DNA of 10,590 nucleotides from a virus (Duplodnaviria; Heunggongvirae; Uroviricota; Caudoviricetes): IMG/VR virus record IMGVR_UViG_2617270966_000006, positions 1 to 10,590 of that record; one strand, 5' to 3'. Shown piece by piece: positions 1 to 7,384 of this stretch (position 1 is its first letter; each line of letters starts with the position of its first letter). The notes under the pieces were generated by a model. It saw only the letters and a program-made list of their open reading frames with translations, ran no database searches and was not told where the DNA came from. The position numbers and the translations under genes were made by a program.

Positions 1-252
1 TAAATGGCGGAAAATCGTGTTGAGGCCAACGCCCATAATGCGGGCGGTTGCCCGGCATCCAACGCCATTCATGGCCATATCAATGATTTTCTGGTGCGTA
101 CCGGGTTGAGAAGCGGTGTAAGTGAACTGCAGTTGCCATGTTTTACGGCAGTGAGAGCAGAGATAGCGCTGATGTCCGGCAGTGCTTTTGCCGTTACGCA
201 CCACCCCGTCAGTAGCTGAACAGGAGGGACAGCTGATAGAAACAGAAGCCAC
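1..252 (-). CDS. insA: IS1 InsA transposition regulator, 3'-partial (84 codons, cut by window edge)
   Basis: GTG start (complement of 250-252). Minus-strand translation is [84 protein letters not shown], matching IS1 InsA from memory. Absent from the ORF track because no stop lies inside the window. Confidence 0.9.
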   Translation of the reverse strand, partial: MASVSISCPSCSATDGVVRNGKSTAGHQRYLCSHCRKTWQLQFTYTASQPGTHQKIIDMAMNGVGCRATARIMGVGLNTIFRHL

Positions 253-284
253 TGGAGCACCTCAAAAACACCATCATACACTAA

Positions 285-307
285 ATCAGTAAGTTGGCAG
301 CATCACC
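285..307 (-). repeat. IS1 terminal inverted repeat (IRL), 23 bp
   Basis: Read directly: the minus strand reads GGTGATGCTGCCAACTTACTGAT, matching the IS1 end from memory. Confidence 0.85.
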
Positions 308-530
308 TATTTTCAGATGCTGACCGCAGCGTCATGAATCGTTAAATCAATTATAAGCCGGTAATATGCGGTTATCGTATTGGCCTGTCCATCCTTTGTC
401 GTTATGTTCCTGCCTAACCGGCTCCGTCACAAAAAGTACCGTGATGCTTTTTTTGAATTTCCGCAAAACACATATTTATCAGCGGTTGTTATTCTGACTC
501 TGTTTAATTCAGAAACAGGCAGAAAAGACG

Positions 531-2585
531 ATGTCAGACTCCAAGTGGAAAATGCTCTCCGCCATGCCCGGAGAGTTTTCAGTCAAGGTTGCCGGTGGCA
601 CGGTGGCATTTATTGAAAGCCCTTTCCGCCCTTCGGGTAATAAAGGGGGGATCACCTTCGCAGACTGCGTGATCCGCTTCAGCACGAAAGAGCCATTATG
701 GGTAATGCCGGTATCCGGTAATCCCAGTGCAGAAATCACCAGTTCAGGCGTGACTGGCATCATTCCAATCACATCTGACGTGGCCGGAACGCTCACGCCC
801 TCCGACTGGAATGCACCGGATAACGCCGGGCCTTCCGGTAGCACGAATGGCAGCAGTTCAGAGCCGGAATATTACTTTGTTGTCATTCTCGCGGGTCAGT
901 CAAATGGCATGGCCTACGGCGAGGGGCTGCCGTTACCGGATTCGTTTGACCGCCCGGACCCACGCATTAAGCAACTGGCACGCCGCAGTACGGTAACGCC
1001 CAACGGTACGTCGTGTACATACAACGACATCATTCCGGCAGACCACTGCCTGCATGATGTTCAGGATATGAGCGGGATAAACCACCCGAAAGCTGATCTG
1101 GCAAAAGGCCAGTACGGGACTGTCGGTCAGGGGTTGCATATTGCCAAAAAACTGCTTCCCTATATCCCACAGAATGCGGGGATACTTCTGGTGCCCTGTT
1201 GTCGTGGCGGGTCAGCATTCACCACTGGAGCCGACGGCTCATTCAGTGAGGCCAGCGGTGCTTCCGCTGATTCTTCACGCTGGGGGGCCGGTAAACCTCT
1301 GTATCAGGACCTGGTAAGCCGCACCAAAGTCGCGCTGGCGAAAAACCCGAAAAACAAACTTCTGGCTGTGGTCTGGATGCAGGGAGAGGCAGACCTTGCC
1401 TCAGGAAGCCAGCAGCATAATAGTTTATTCACGGCCATGGTTCAGCAGTTCAGAACTGACCTGGCTCCGCTTGCTGCGCAGTGCGTGAGTGGAAATGCCA
1501 CCACGGTGCCGTGGATTTGCGGTGATACCACGTATTACTGGAAAAACGCTGGCACCGATAAATATGAGGCAGTATACGGTGGCTACAAAGGCAAGGAAGC
1601 ACAGAAAATTTTCTTTGTACCGTTCCTGACGGATGAGAATGGACAGAGCACGCCAACGAATGCTCCGGCGGAAGACCCGGATATTGTGGCTGTCGGGTAT
1701 TACGGTGCAGCATCCCGAACCCAGGGCAGTTTTGTTTCGACACAGCGTGACAGCCATTTCAGCTCATGGGCACGCAGGGGCGTCATTTCAGACCGTCTGG
1801 CCTCAGCTATTATGCTCCATGCAGGGCGCACGGCTGAACTGATGCGCGGGCAGACCGTGACACCACCGGATGAGAAGCCGTCACCTGATACACCATCAAA
1901 ACCGTCCACGCCACCCGCAGACACCACGACGATGAGTACGCTATTTGCTTACCGGGCATCTGAGTCTGAAGGACGGTTGACACCACAGGGTTGGGCTGCC
2001 GGAGGTGGCAAGGCTCAAATCGTGGATGATGCCGGAGCTAGCGGGGGTAAGGCAATGAAACTGACCAAGGAAACAGGAAGAGCCCCCTGGTACCTTGAGC
2101 ATGATGCTGGTAATGGTGCGGACCTGCTGGGTAAAGGTGGTCTTGTCAGTTGTCGTTTTAAACTCGATGGCGCGCTTACGGCTAATCAGTACGCACTGGC
2201 GCTGTACTGGCCGGTTTCTGCCCTGCCGCAAGGGGTTACTCTGGAAGGAAATGCCGGTCATAACCTGCTGGCATCGTTCTACGTACAGAGCGATGCCACA
2301 GACCTTAACGTGATGTATCACAAAGGAAACACGGCGCAGAACACGAAGCTGGGGTCATTCGGCGCATTTAATAACGAATGGCATACGCTGGGCTTCCGTT
2401 TTGCCGGTAACAACAGTATTGAGGTGACGCCGGTCATTGATGGTAAGGACGGGACACCATTCATGCTGTCGCAGTCTCCGGTCGGCACGTTTACGGCAGA
2501 CAAGTTGCGCGTGACCGATATCACTAAAAATGCGACTTACCCGGTACTGATTGACAGTATCGTGGTGGAAGTGAATAACGCGTAA
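531..2585 (+). CDS. SGNH/SASA-family carbohydrate O-acetylesterase, prophage sialate O-acetylesterase-like (NanS-p-like), 684 aa with three-part architecture
   Basis: Long ORF with coding-like composition. GQSN nucleophile motif (VILAGQSNGMAYGEG) and WMQGEAD block, typical of the sialate O-acetylesterase family; candidate Asp/His in RDSHF. Pro/Thr/Ser-rich linker (PPDEKPSPDTPSKPSTPPADTTT, about 1860-1930) followed by a ~220-aa C-terminal domain, possibly carbohydrate-binding. Start at ATG 531 is the first start after an in-frame stop at 495-497; RBS is weak. Confidence 0.7.
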   Translation: MSDSKWKMLSAMPGEFSVKVAGGTVAFIESPFRPSGNKGGITFADCVIRFSTKEPLWVMPVSGNPSAEITSSGVTGIIPITSDVAGTLTPSDWNAPDNAGPSGSTNGSSSEPEYYFVVILAGQSNGMAYGEGLPLPDSFDRPDPRIKQLARRSTVTPNGTSCTYNDIIPADHCLHDVQDMSGINHPKADLAKGQYGTVGQGLHIAKKLLPYIPQNAGILLVPCCRGGSAFTTGADGSFSEASGASADSSRWGAGKPLYQDLVSRTKVALAKNPKNKLLAVVWMQGEADLASGSQQHNSLFTAMVQQFRTDLAPLAAQCVSGNATTVPWICGDTTYYWKNAGTDKYEAVYGGYKGKEAQKIFFVPFLTDENGQSTPTNAPAEDPDIVAVGYYGAASRTQGSFVSTQRDSHFSSWARRGVISDRLASAIMLHAGRTAELMRGQTVTPPDEKPSPDTPSKPSTPPADTTTMSTLFAYRASESEGRLTPQGWAAGGGKAQIVDDAGASGGKAMKLTKETGRAPWYLEHDAGNGADLLGKGGLVSCRFKLDGALTANQYALALYWPVSALPQGVTLEGNAGHNLLASFYVQSDATDLNVMYHKGNTAQNTKLGSFGAFNNEWHTLGFRFAGNNSIEVTPVIDGKDGTPFMLSQSPVGTFTADKLRVTDITKNATYPVLIDSIVVEVNNA

Positions 2586-2600
2586 GCAGGATAAAAAAAT

Positions 2601-2635
2601 CCCGCCGGTCAAAGAGCCATTTGTTGACTGGCGGG
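2601..2635. terminator. Hairpin just downstream of the esterase stop; possible terminator, orientation ambiguous
   Basis: Arms cccgccggtcaa (2601-2612) and ttgactggcggg (2624-2635), 11 of 12 bp complementary. An A-run lies 5' (2592-2599) but no T-run 3' on the plus strand, so the canonical terminator form is on the minus strand. Confidence 0.35.
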
Positions 2636-2750
2636 GGATATTCCAAACCCATTAAGGAAAGCTACAACCTCTGACAAAGAAGACCATTATGTACGCGGTT
2701 ACTTTTTAGCTGAAAACTGTTTCTGTAGTCAATATCAAAGGTAAGGTTAT

Positions 2751-2933
2751 ATGACATTTGTTCATACGATGCTGCTTTATTTCTGCACTGTGGTCAGTGC
2801 GTTATATCTGGTGAGCGGTGGTTATAAGGCCATCAGAAATTATGTTCGCCGCAAAATTGATGACGCAGCAGCTGAAAAGCTCAGTAAAACAGCGCAGGCA
2901 ACTCCGCTCCCAAAAGACCCGACCCAGCCCTGA
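2751..2933 (+). CDS. Hypothetical small membrane protein (60 aa)
   Basis: ATG preceded by aaggtaagg RBS-like sequence. Hydrophobic N-terminal segment (TMLLYFCTVVSALYLVSGG) followed by a charged tail. No family recognised. Confidence 0.45.
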   Translation: MTFVHTMLLYFCTVVSALYLVSGGYKAIRNYVRRKIDDAAAEKLSKTAQATPLPKDPTQP

Positions 2934-2968
2934 TTGCAGGGCTGTATTCCCACATAAGGAGGATATAC

Positions 2969-3223
2969 ATGCCAGAGATTAAAGGCACCGTCACTGAAGT
3001 CCTGGTAAAACAGGCACTGTATTCCGGTGAAGTAAATAAATTACTGAAAGCGCAGGTCCGCAAGGATTTTGAGGCACAAATCGACACTTACGTTGATGAA
3101 GTGCTGGCAAAACTTATTGGGCCAGCAGTTGCGGCCAGTGATGCTGATAATGAGCCGAAAACCGACGCGCAGCCAGAGCAACCAGACCCGGCTCAGCCCG
3201 GAACTGACAGTACCATGATGTAA
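2969..3223 (+). CDS. Hypothetical protein (84 aa) with acidic, Pro/Gln-rich C-terminus
   Basis: Strong RBS taaggagg (2954-2961) 7 nt upstream of ATG 2969. A hairpin (caaaccgg/ccggtttg, 3229-3256) follows the stop. No family recognised. Confidence 0.55.
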   Translation: MPEIKGTVTEVLVKQALYSGEVNKLLKAQVRKDFEAQIDTYVDEVLAKLIGPAVAASDADNEPKTDAQPEQPDPAQPGTDSTMM

Positions 3224-3280
3224 CAATACAAACCGGTGGTGTCCTCTGCCGGTTTGACACTAATGAAAACATCTTTGCCG

Positions 3281-3309
3281 CTATCCAGCCATATGTAATC
3301 GCTGGATAG
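3281..3309. other. Perfect 9-bp inverted repeat with 11-nt spacer in an AT-rich intergenic region; possible terminator or operator
   Basis: ctatccagc (3281-3289) and gctggatag (3301-3309) are exact reverse complements. Followed on the plus strand by a T-rich stretch (tatttcgtatt). Confidence 0.3.
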
Positions 3310-3390
3310 TATTTCGTATTCAGAAATATAGCTGCTTATGGAGCAGTCAATCCTGCTTCCCCATCCGGGCAGGCAAATGAACCGGTATCA

Positions 3391-3684
3391 TTAGTCCGAT
3401 TCACGCTTTTGTAGAATCGTTCCCAGAATGCTATACAGCTCATTAGCCTGTTGCTCCATCATTGAGACGGAGGCTATACGGTGCAAAGTGATTTCAGGAG
3501 GTGGCACACCTCCATCTTCTTGCTGTGGAGGAAAAACATAAGATTTAATAAAAAAGTTGAAGCATATGAACTCTCCCGCACTCGAACTGTATTTGCAGGC
3601 ATCTGAATAATCGGAAAAATAATCATTATAGATTTCCGCATTTTCAATCATTTTTCGATTTCTCGTCGTTACATGATTGTCCAT
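3391..3684 (-). CDS. Hypothetical protein (97 aa), orphan gene transcribed divergently from com/mom
   Basis: Minus-strand ORF with good RBS (minus strand reads taagaggctgctATG, AAGAGG about 6 nt before the ATG). Lies in AT-rich DNA, suggesting foreign origin. No recognisable motif. Confidence 0.5.
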   Translation of the reverse strand: MDNHVTTRNRKMIENAEIYNDYFSDYSDACKYSSSAGEFICFNFFIKSYVFPPQQEDGGVPPPEITLHRIASVSMMEQQANELYSILGTILQKRESD

Positions 3685-3740
3685 AGCAGCCTCTTACGCT
3701 GGCAATTAACCAATTGACTTCTATAAATTAGTTGATTTGT

Positions 3741-3767
3741 TTGCTTTGCGGTATTCAAATGTACAAT
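3741..3767 (+). promoter_or_regulatory. Candidate sigma70 promoter directed toward com/mom
   Basis: TTGCTT (3741-3746), 15-bp spacer, TACAAT (3762-3767), inside the AT-rich divergent intergenic region 3685-3940. Pattern match only; other hexamer pairs are possible. Confidence 0.2.
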
Positions 3768-3872
3768 CATTCAGCACTTATGCGTTACAGCACCGTTTAA
3801 AATTAGTGATCAAACTCATAAATTTTCGCTAATGACATTTCGTGTTATTTGTTGTATCAATTAAATAAATCA

Positions 3873-3897
3873 AATCGATCGTTTTTGTCGATCGATT
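3873..3897. promoter_or_regulatory. GATC-containing inverted repeat upstream of com; candidate Dam-methylation-sensitive operator
   Basis: aatcgatcg (3873-3881), spacer tttttgt, cgatcgatt (3889-3897): a perfect 9-bp inverted repeat with a GATC in each arm (3877-3880 and 3890-3893). A third GATC lies at 3808-3811. By analogy, the Mu mom promoter is controlled through three upstream GATC sites. Confidence 0.4.
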
Positions 3898-3940
3898 GAG
3901 TGATAAAGATATCAACAACAAAGCAGGAGGTTATGCGGCC

Positions 3941-4141
3941 ATGTATCGAAACATACGGTGCCGACATTGTAACAAGCTACTGGCACGAGCCAGCTTCAGT
4001 TATCTGGAAGTCAAATGTCCGCGCTGTAAAACCCTCAATCAAATCACATCTCAGAGCGCCACAGAGCACCCCACATACACAAGGAAATCCTGTCGTGGGG
4101 AACAGAAAGCAAGTTACATCCCGTATCATCAGCACGCCTGA
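3941..4141 (+). CDS. com: Com-like zinc-finger translational activator (Mu Com homologue), 66 aa
   Basis: Translation [55 protein letters not shown]... aligns with Mu Com as recalled (MKSIRCKNCNKLLFKADSFDHIEIRCPRCKRH...EHPTEK), including the Cys-x2-Cys...Cys-x2-Cys zinc finger. AGGAGG (3925-3930) lies 10 nt before ATG 3941. The TTG 3896 start in the ORF track is probably an N-terminal over-extension. The 3' end overlaps the next ORF, as com overlaps mom in Mu. Confidence 0.7.
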   Translation: MYRNIRCRHCNKLLARASFSYLEVKCPRCKTLNQITSQSATEHPTYTRKSCRGEQKASYIPYHQHA

Positions 4142-4832
4142 ACTTATTCACTATAACGACAATATCGTCGGTTATGGCTCCCGTGAGTTACGGGTTGAGA
4201 CAATAAGTTGCTGGCTGGCCCGGCTGGTCGTCGTCAATAAACATTACAGCCATCGTTTCGTAAATAATTCCTACCTTCATCTGGGCATATTTTCAGAACG
4301 GGAGCTGGTTGGCGTAATGCAATGGGGTTATGCCCTTAATCCAAACAATGGTGCACGCGTCGTAACTGGCACGCAGAACCGCGAATATATGGAGCTTAAC
4401 CGGTTATGGCTGCATGACTGTATGCCGAGAAACTCCGAATCAAGGGCAATCAGTTACGCGCTCAAACTAATCAGACAACTTTATCCGCAGGTGCAGTGGG
4501 TTCAGTCGTTTGCAGATGAGCGTTGTGGCTGTCTTGGTGTCGTGTACCAGGCAAGCAATTTTGATTATGTAGGCAGTCATGAAACAACATTCTATGAACT
4601 TGATGGCGAGTGGTATCACGAGATTTGCAAGAATGCAATCAAACGAGGAGGACAGCGAGGTGAACATCTGCGGGCTAATATCGACAGAGCCAGTGTTCAT
4701 AAATTCCGTCAGTTTCGTTACATCCGGTTTCTGGACAAGAGAGCCAGAAAACGCCTTAACACAAAGCTATTCAAAGTCCAGCCTTACCCAAAACCACAAA
4801 CAGTTAAAACTGGTTTGAAAGAGAGTGAATGA
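4095..4832 (+). CDS. mom: Mom-like DNA modification protein (putative adenine-modifying anti-restriction enzyme); start codon uncertain
   Basis: Open frame 3900-4832 overlaps the 3' end of com in a different frame. Proposed start GTG 4095 with AAGGA (4081-4085) 9 nt upstream gives 245 aa, close to Mu Mom (231 aa); ATG 3933 is an alternative. Called from synteny with a Com homologue and size; the Mom sequence itself was not recalled. Confidence 0.5.
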   Translation: MGNRKQVTSRIISTPELIHYNDNIVGYGSRELRVETISCWLARLVVVNKHYSHRFVNNSYLHLGIFSERELVGVMQWGYALNPNNGARVVTGTQNREYMELNRLWLHDCMPRNSESRAISYALKLIRQLYPQVQWVQSFADERCGCLGVVYQASNFDYVGSHETTFYELDGEWYHEICKNAIKRGGQRGEHLRANIDRASVHKFRQFRYIRFLDKRARKRLNTKLFKVQPYPKPQTVKTGLKESE

Positions 4833-6651
4833 ACGCTTAAAAACTCATTCTAAAACTCAAAAGAAAAGCGCCGATTTAGTATCAAATAAGTTGCGTATCG
4901 GCGTTTTTCAGCGGTATCAAATGAAATGCAAATCGGTATCAAAAAAATCGCCGCGCTATAGTATCCGTGAGAACGACGACGGCACGTATGCCATCACCGC
5001 CGTGCAGCATGTACCGGAAAAAGAGGCCATCGTGGATAACGGGGCGCACTTTGACGGCGACCAGAGCGGCACGGTGAATGGTGTCACGCCGCCAGCGGTG
5101 CAGCACCTGACCGCCGAAGTCACCGCAGACAGCGGGGAATATCAGGTGCTGGCGCGCTGGGACACGCCGAAGGTGGTGAAGGGCGTGAACTTCCTGCTCC
5201 GTCTGACCGTAACAGCGGATGACGGCAGTGAGCGGCTGGTCAGCACGGCCCGGACGACGGAAACCACATACCGCTTCAGGCAACTGGCGCTGGGGCGTTA
5301 CACGCTGACGGTCCGGGCGGTAAATGTGTGGGGACAGCAGGGCGATCCGGCGTCGGTATCGTTCCGGATTGCCGCCCCGGCAGCGCCGTCGCGGATTGAG
5401 CTGACGCCGGGCTATTTTCAGATAACTGCCACGCCGCATCTTGCGGTTTATGATCCGACGGTACAGTTTGAGTTCTGGTTCTCGGAAACGCGGATTACCG
5501 ATATCAGGCAGGTTGAAACCACAGCCCGCTACCTTGGCACGGGACTGTACTGGATAGCCGCCAGTATCAATATCAAACCGGGCCATGATTATTATTTTTA
5601 CGTTCGCAGTGTGAACACCGTTGGCAAATCGGCATTCGTGGAGGCCGTCGGTCGGGCGAGCGATGATGCGGAAGGTTACCTGGATTTTTTCAAAGGCAAG
5701 ATAACCGAATCCCATCTCGGTAAAGAGCTGCTGGAAAAAGTTGATCTGACGGAGGATAACGCCAGCAGACTGGATGAGTTTTCGAAAGAGTGGAAGGACG
5801 CTAACGATAAATGGAATGCCATGTGGGGCGTCAAAATTGAGCAGACCAAAGACGGCAAACATTATGTCGCGGGTATTGGCCTCAGCATGGAGGACACGGA
5901 GGAAGGCAAGCTGAGCCAGTTTCTGGTTGCCGCTAACCGTATCGCGTTTATTGACCCGGCAAACGGGAATGAAACGCCGATGTTTGTGGCGCAGGGCAAC
6001 CAGATATTCATGAACGACGTGTTCCTGAAGCGCCTGACAGCCCCCACCATTACCAGCGGTGGCAGTCCTCCGGTATTTTCCCTGACATCAGACGGAAAGC
6101 TGACCGCTAAAAATGCGGATATCAGTGGTAGTGTGAATGCGAACTCAGGAACGCTCAACAATGTCACGATAAATGAGAACTGTACGATTAAGGGCATGCT
6201 GGAGGCGACCCAGGTCAGAGGGGATTTCGTTAAAGCTGTATCAAAAGCCTTCCCGAAAAAAGTCGGTACGTGGGGTAACACGGAAACACCAAACGGTACG
6301 GTTACAGTCACCATCAGCGATGATCATAACTTTGACCGCCAGATTATTATTCCGCCCATTATTTTTAACGGTATAGCGTATGACGATCCGGGGAGCGGAA
6401 ATAACCCAGGAGGCACGCGATACACGGGTTATGGTTTTGAAGTTCGCAAAAACGGCGTATTAATCGCATCCAGAGAAACTAAAGGGGCCATTCCCGGTAG
6501 TTACAGTGCAGTTATTGATATGCCTAGTGGTGGTGGTAGCGTCACTCTGGAGTTTAAGATTTTCCAGAAAGGCAATCAGGGGGCAGGCAATATCACCGAC
6601 TGTACGGTGATTGTGACCAAAAAAGCGGCTTCCGGCATCAGTATTCGTTGA
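4825..6651 (+). pseudogene. J: Lambda J-like tail tip host-specificity protein, C-terminal ~565 aa only; 5'-truncated remnant
   Basis: From about nt 4957 ([19 protein letters not shown]...) the translation matches the central and C-terminal part of lambda J as recalled. The first ~44 codons (GTG 4825 to about 4956) are low-complexity non-J sequence with no RBS, directly after the mom stop. Full J is about 1130 aa, so the N-terminal half is missing. Confidence 0.75.
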
Positions 6652-6671
6652 AATTGTTATAACCCATATAA

Positions 6672-6697
6672 GGGCACCAGAAATGGTGCCTTTTTTA
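6672..6697 (+). terminator. Rho-independent terminator downstream of the J remnant
   Basis: gggcacca (6672-6679), loop gaaa, tggtgcc (6684-6690), followed by tttttt (6691-6696). Confidence 0.7.
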
Positions 6698-6720
6698 TTG
6701 CAGAAAAGCGAGAGGTAATT

Positions 6721-7320
6721 ATGCGTAAACTTTATGCCGCCATTTTGTCCGCAGCCATTTGTCTGGCCGTATCCGGTGCGCCTGCATGGGCATCTGAACA
6801 TCAGTCCACGCTGAGCGCGGGGTATCTTCATGCCTCGACGAACGTTCCCGGCAGCGATGATCTTAACGGGATTAACGTGAAATACCGTTATGAGTTTACG
6901 GACACACTGGGGCTGGTGACGTCATTCAGCTATGCAGGAGACAAGAATCGCCAGCTTACCCGTTACAGCGATACCCGCTGGCATGAAGATTCAGTGCGTA
7001 ACCGCTGGTTCAGCGTGATGGCGGGGCCGTCTGTGCGCGTGAATGAATGGTTCAGCGCGTATGCGATGGCGGGTATGGCTTACAGCCGTGTGTCGACTTT
7101 CTCCGGGGATTATCTTCGCGTAACTGACAACAAGGGGAAAAAGCACGATGTGCTGACCGGAAGTGATGACGGTCGCCACAGCAACACGTCTCTGGCGTGG
7201 GGGGCTGGCGTGCAGTTTAACCCGACCGAATCCGTGGCCATTGATATTGCTTATGAAGGCTCCGGCAGTGGTGACTGGCGCACTGACGGTTTCATCGTGG
7301 GTGTCGGTTATAAGTTCTGA
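6721..7320 (+). CDS. lom: Lom, Ail/Lom-family outer membrane beta-barrel protein (199 aa)
   Basis: RBS gagg 6 nt before ATG. Signal peptide [24 protein letters not shown]. Motifs GINVKYRYE and the C-terminal [23 protein letters not shown] match lambda Lom as recalled. Position between J and stf is the canonical one. Confidence 0.9.
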   Translation: MRKLYAAILSAAICLAVSGAPAWASEHQSTLSAGYLHASTNVPGSDDLNGINVKYRYEFTDTLGLVTSFSYAGDKNRQLTRYSDTRWHEDSVRNRWFSVMAGPSVRVNEWFSAYAMAGMAYSRVSTFSGDYLRVTDNKGKKHDVLTGSDDGRHSNTSLAWGAGVQFNPTESVAIDIAYEGSGSGDWRTDGFIVGVGYKF

Positions 7321-7346
7321 TTAGCCAGGTAACACAGTGTTATGAC

Positions 7347-7375
7347 AGCCCGCCTGTTCAGGCGGGCTTTTTTGT
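7347..7375 (+). terminator. Rho-independent terminator between lom and stf
   Basis: gcccgcc (7348-7354), loop tgttca, ggcgggc (7361-7367), followed by ttttttg (7368-7374). Confidence 0.75.
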
Positions 7376-7384
7376 GGGGTGAAT

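Larger units (their letters stand above)
1..307 (-). mobile_element. IS1 insertion sequence, left end only (about 307 of 768 bp); the element continues beyond the window start
   Basis: Reverse complement of 285-307 is GGTGATGCTGCCAACTTACTGAT, the canonical IS1 terminal inverted repeat. Reverse complement of 1-252 encodes InsA. Element ends abruptly at 307. Confidence 0.93.

Noticed and set aside
4-219. 71-aa plus-strand ORF inside IS1
   Set aside because: It is antisense to insA within a well-recognised IS1 left end, so it is a frame artefact.
69-281. 70-aa minus-strand ORF inside IS1
   Set aside because: It is on the insA strand but out of frame. The genuine InsA frame starts at GTG (complement of 250-252) and gives a canonical InsA translation.
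380-616. 78-aa plus-strand ORF overlapping the esterase start
   Set aside because: No RBS, and it overlaps the far longer esterase ORF out of frame; the translation has no coding character.
509-2612. Multiple minus- and plus-strand ORFs of 60-126 aa nested in the esterase gene (for example 509-844, 933-1139, 1425-1757, 1941-2321, 2355-2612)
   Set aside because: All are antisense or out of frame within a long ORF that has clear catalytic motifs; they are typical shadow ORFs.
3896-3940. TTG start extending com by 15 codons
   Set aside because: This extension overlaps the GATC palindrome and has no RBS, whereas ATG 3941 follows AGGAGG and gives a protein of Mu Com length.
4467-4818. ORFs 4467-4700 (minus) and 4579-4818 (plus) inside the mom-like gene
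   Set aside because: They are nested shadow ORFs with no RBS support and low-complexity translations.
4939-6376. ORFs 4939-5862 (minus, 307 aa), 5676-5858 (minus), 5862-6314 (minus, 150 aa) and 6173-6376 (plus) overlapping the J remnant
   Set aside because: They are antisense or out of frame to a reading frame that carries strong J homology; the Arg-rich translations are typical artefacts of GC-rich coding DNA.
6460-7179. Minus-strand ORFs 6460-6831 (123 aa) and 6991-7179 (62 aa)
   Set aside because: They lie across the J-lom terminator and lom start, or inside lom, on the opposite strand, and conflict with well-supported features.
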